Assembly: GCA_964106915.2 (NCBI GenBank)
Contig: OZ066921.1
Direction: 5' to 3' (one strand)
Length of the DNA: 64,000 nucleotides
From: Podarcis gaigeae
Lineage: Eukaryota
Made by a program: the position numbers and the translations under genes. Positions 63,401 to 64,000 of the stretch are shown one piece after another (positions within the stretch are counted from its first letter, which is position 1; the number at the start of each line of letters is the position of its first letter). Below the pieces are notes generated by a model. The model worked only from the letters and a program-made list of their open reading frames with translations, did no database searches and had not been told where the DNA came from.

Positions 63401-64000
63401 GAAGTGAGGGGAGAGGGGGCAAGAAAGGCGTGATAAGGGGGGCAGGGGAAGGATGGGGCGGGGGGGGGGGGCGAGGTGGGAAAATCCTGGGGGCGGAGGG
63501 GGATGGAAATGAGTGGGGGCAAAGGGTGGAGGGGTGGAGGCAAAGGGGGAATTGAGAGTAGGGGGCATAGGGAGGAAGGGTGGGGGAAATAAGGGTGGGG
63601 GCTTAGGGGGAAGCGGGGTAAGAGGAAGGGCAATAAAAGGGAAGGTGGGGGGGGAAGGATGGGCAGGAAGTAGTGACGGGGCCAACCAGGTCAAGAGTAA
63701 GAAAAAAGAGGAAACAAATAGGGCTAATGCAGTTTTGTTTTGTTTTTAAGACAAAGCAAAGTAGGGAGGGGATACTAAGGAAAGCTGTGCAAGATTTGCG
63801 GTGTTTGGGTCCGTCCCCCCCCCCCCCGCTTATTGGCTTAGCGCACAACGGCCTAGGACCTGCGAGAGACCAGGGTTCAAATCCTTGCTCAAGAGGTGAA
63901 GCTGCCTTGGCGTGACCTTGGACCAGTCACCACCTCTGAGCCTGGGCTTGTTGTGGGGATTAAATGAAGGATTTGGGGAGGGGGGAGAGAGAGAGAACCA

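Overview
Vertebrate genomic DNA. The repeat content (Sauria/Squam SINEs, Bov-B, CR1, L2, Penelope-like, hAT and Tc1/mariner-pogo MITEs) points to a squamate, probably a lacertid lizard. Four spliced protein-coding genes can be assembled by hand with consistent exon phases. (1) A complete guanylate-binding protein gene (- strand, 10 coding exons, 589 aa, CaaX CVIL) with a U12-type intron and an ISRE/GAS promoter next to a solo LTR. (2) A DM-domain gene best matching DMRTC2/DMRT7 (+ strand, 7 coding exons, about 620 aa, long Pro/Ser-rich last exon). (3) PAFAH1B3 (+ strand, 225 aa). (4) The whole short isoform of capicua, CIC (- strand, 20 exons, about 1677 aa), with its CpG-island promoter at the right end. 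The most notable observations are a minimal hammerhead ribozyme from a Penelope-like insertion lying sense within CIC intron 8 and caged in a 64-bp hairpin, a lizard DMRTC2 with an expanded C-terminus, a GBP with substitutions at catalytic switch-I residues located outside the mammalian GBP-cluster context, and a four-layer nested transposon. I found no clearly new multi-gene system. Comparisons with human proteins and repeat families are from memory and were not checked by database search. Most ORFs in the supplied track are antisense or intronic noise.
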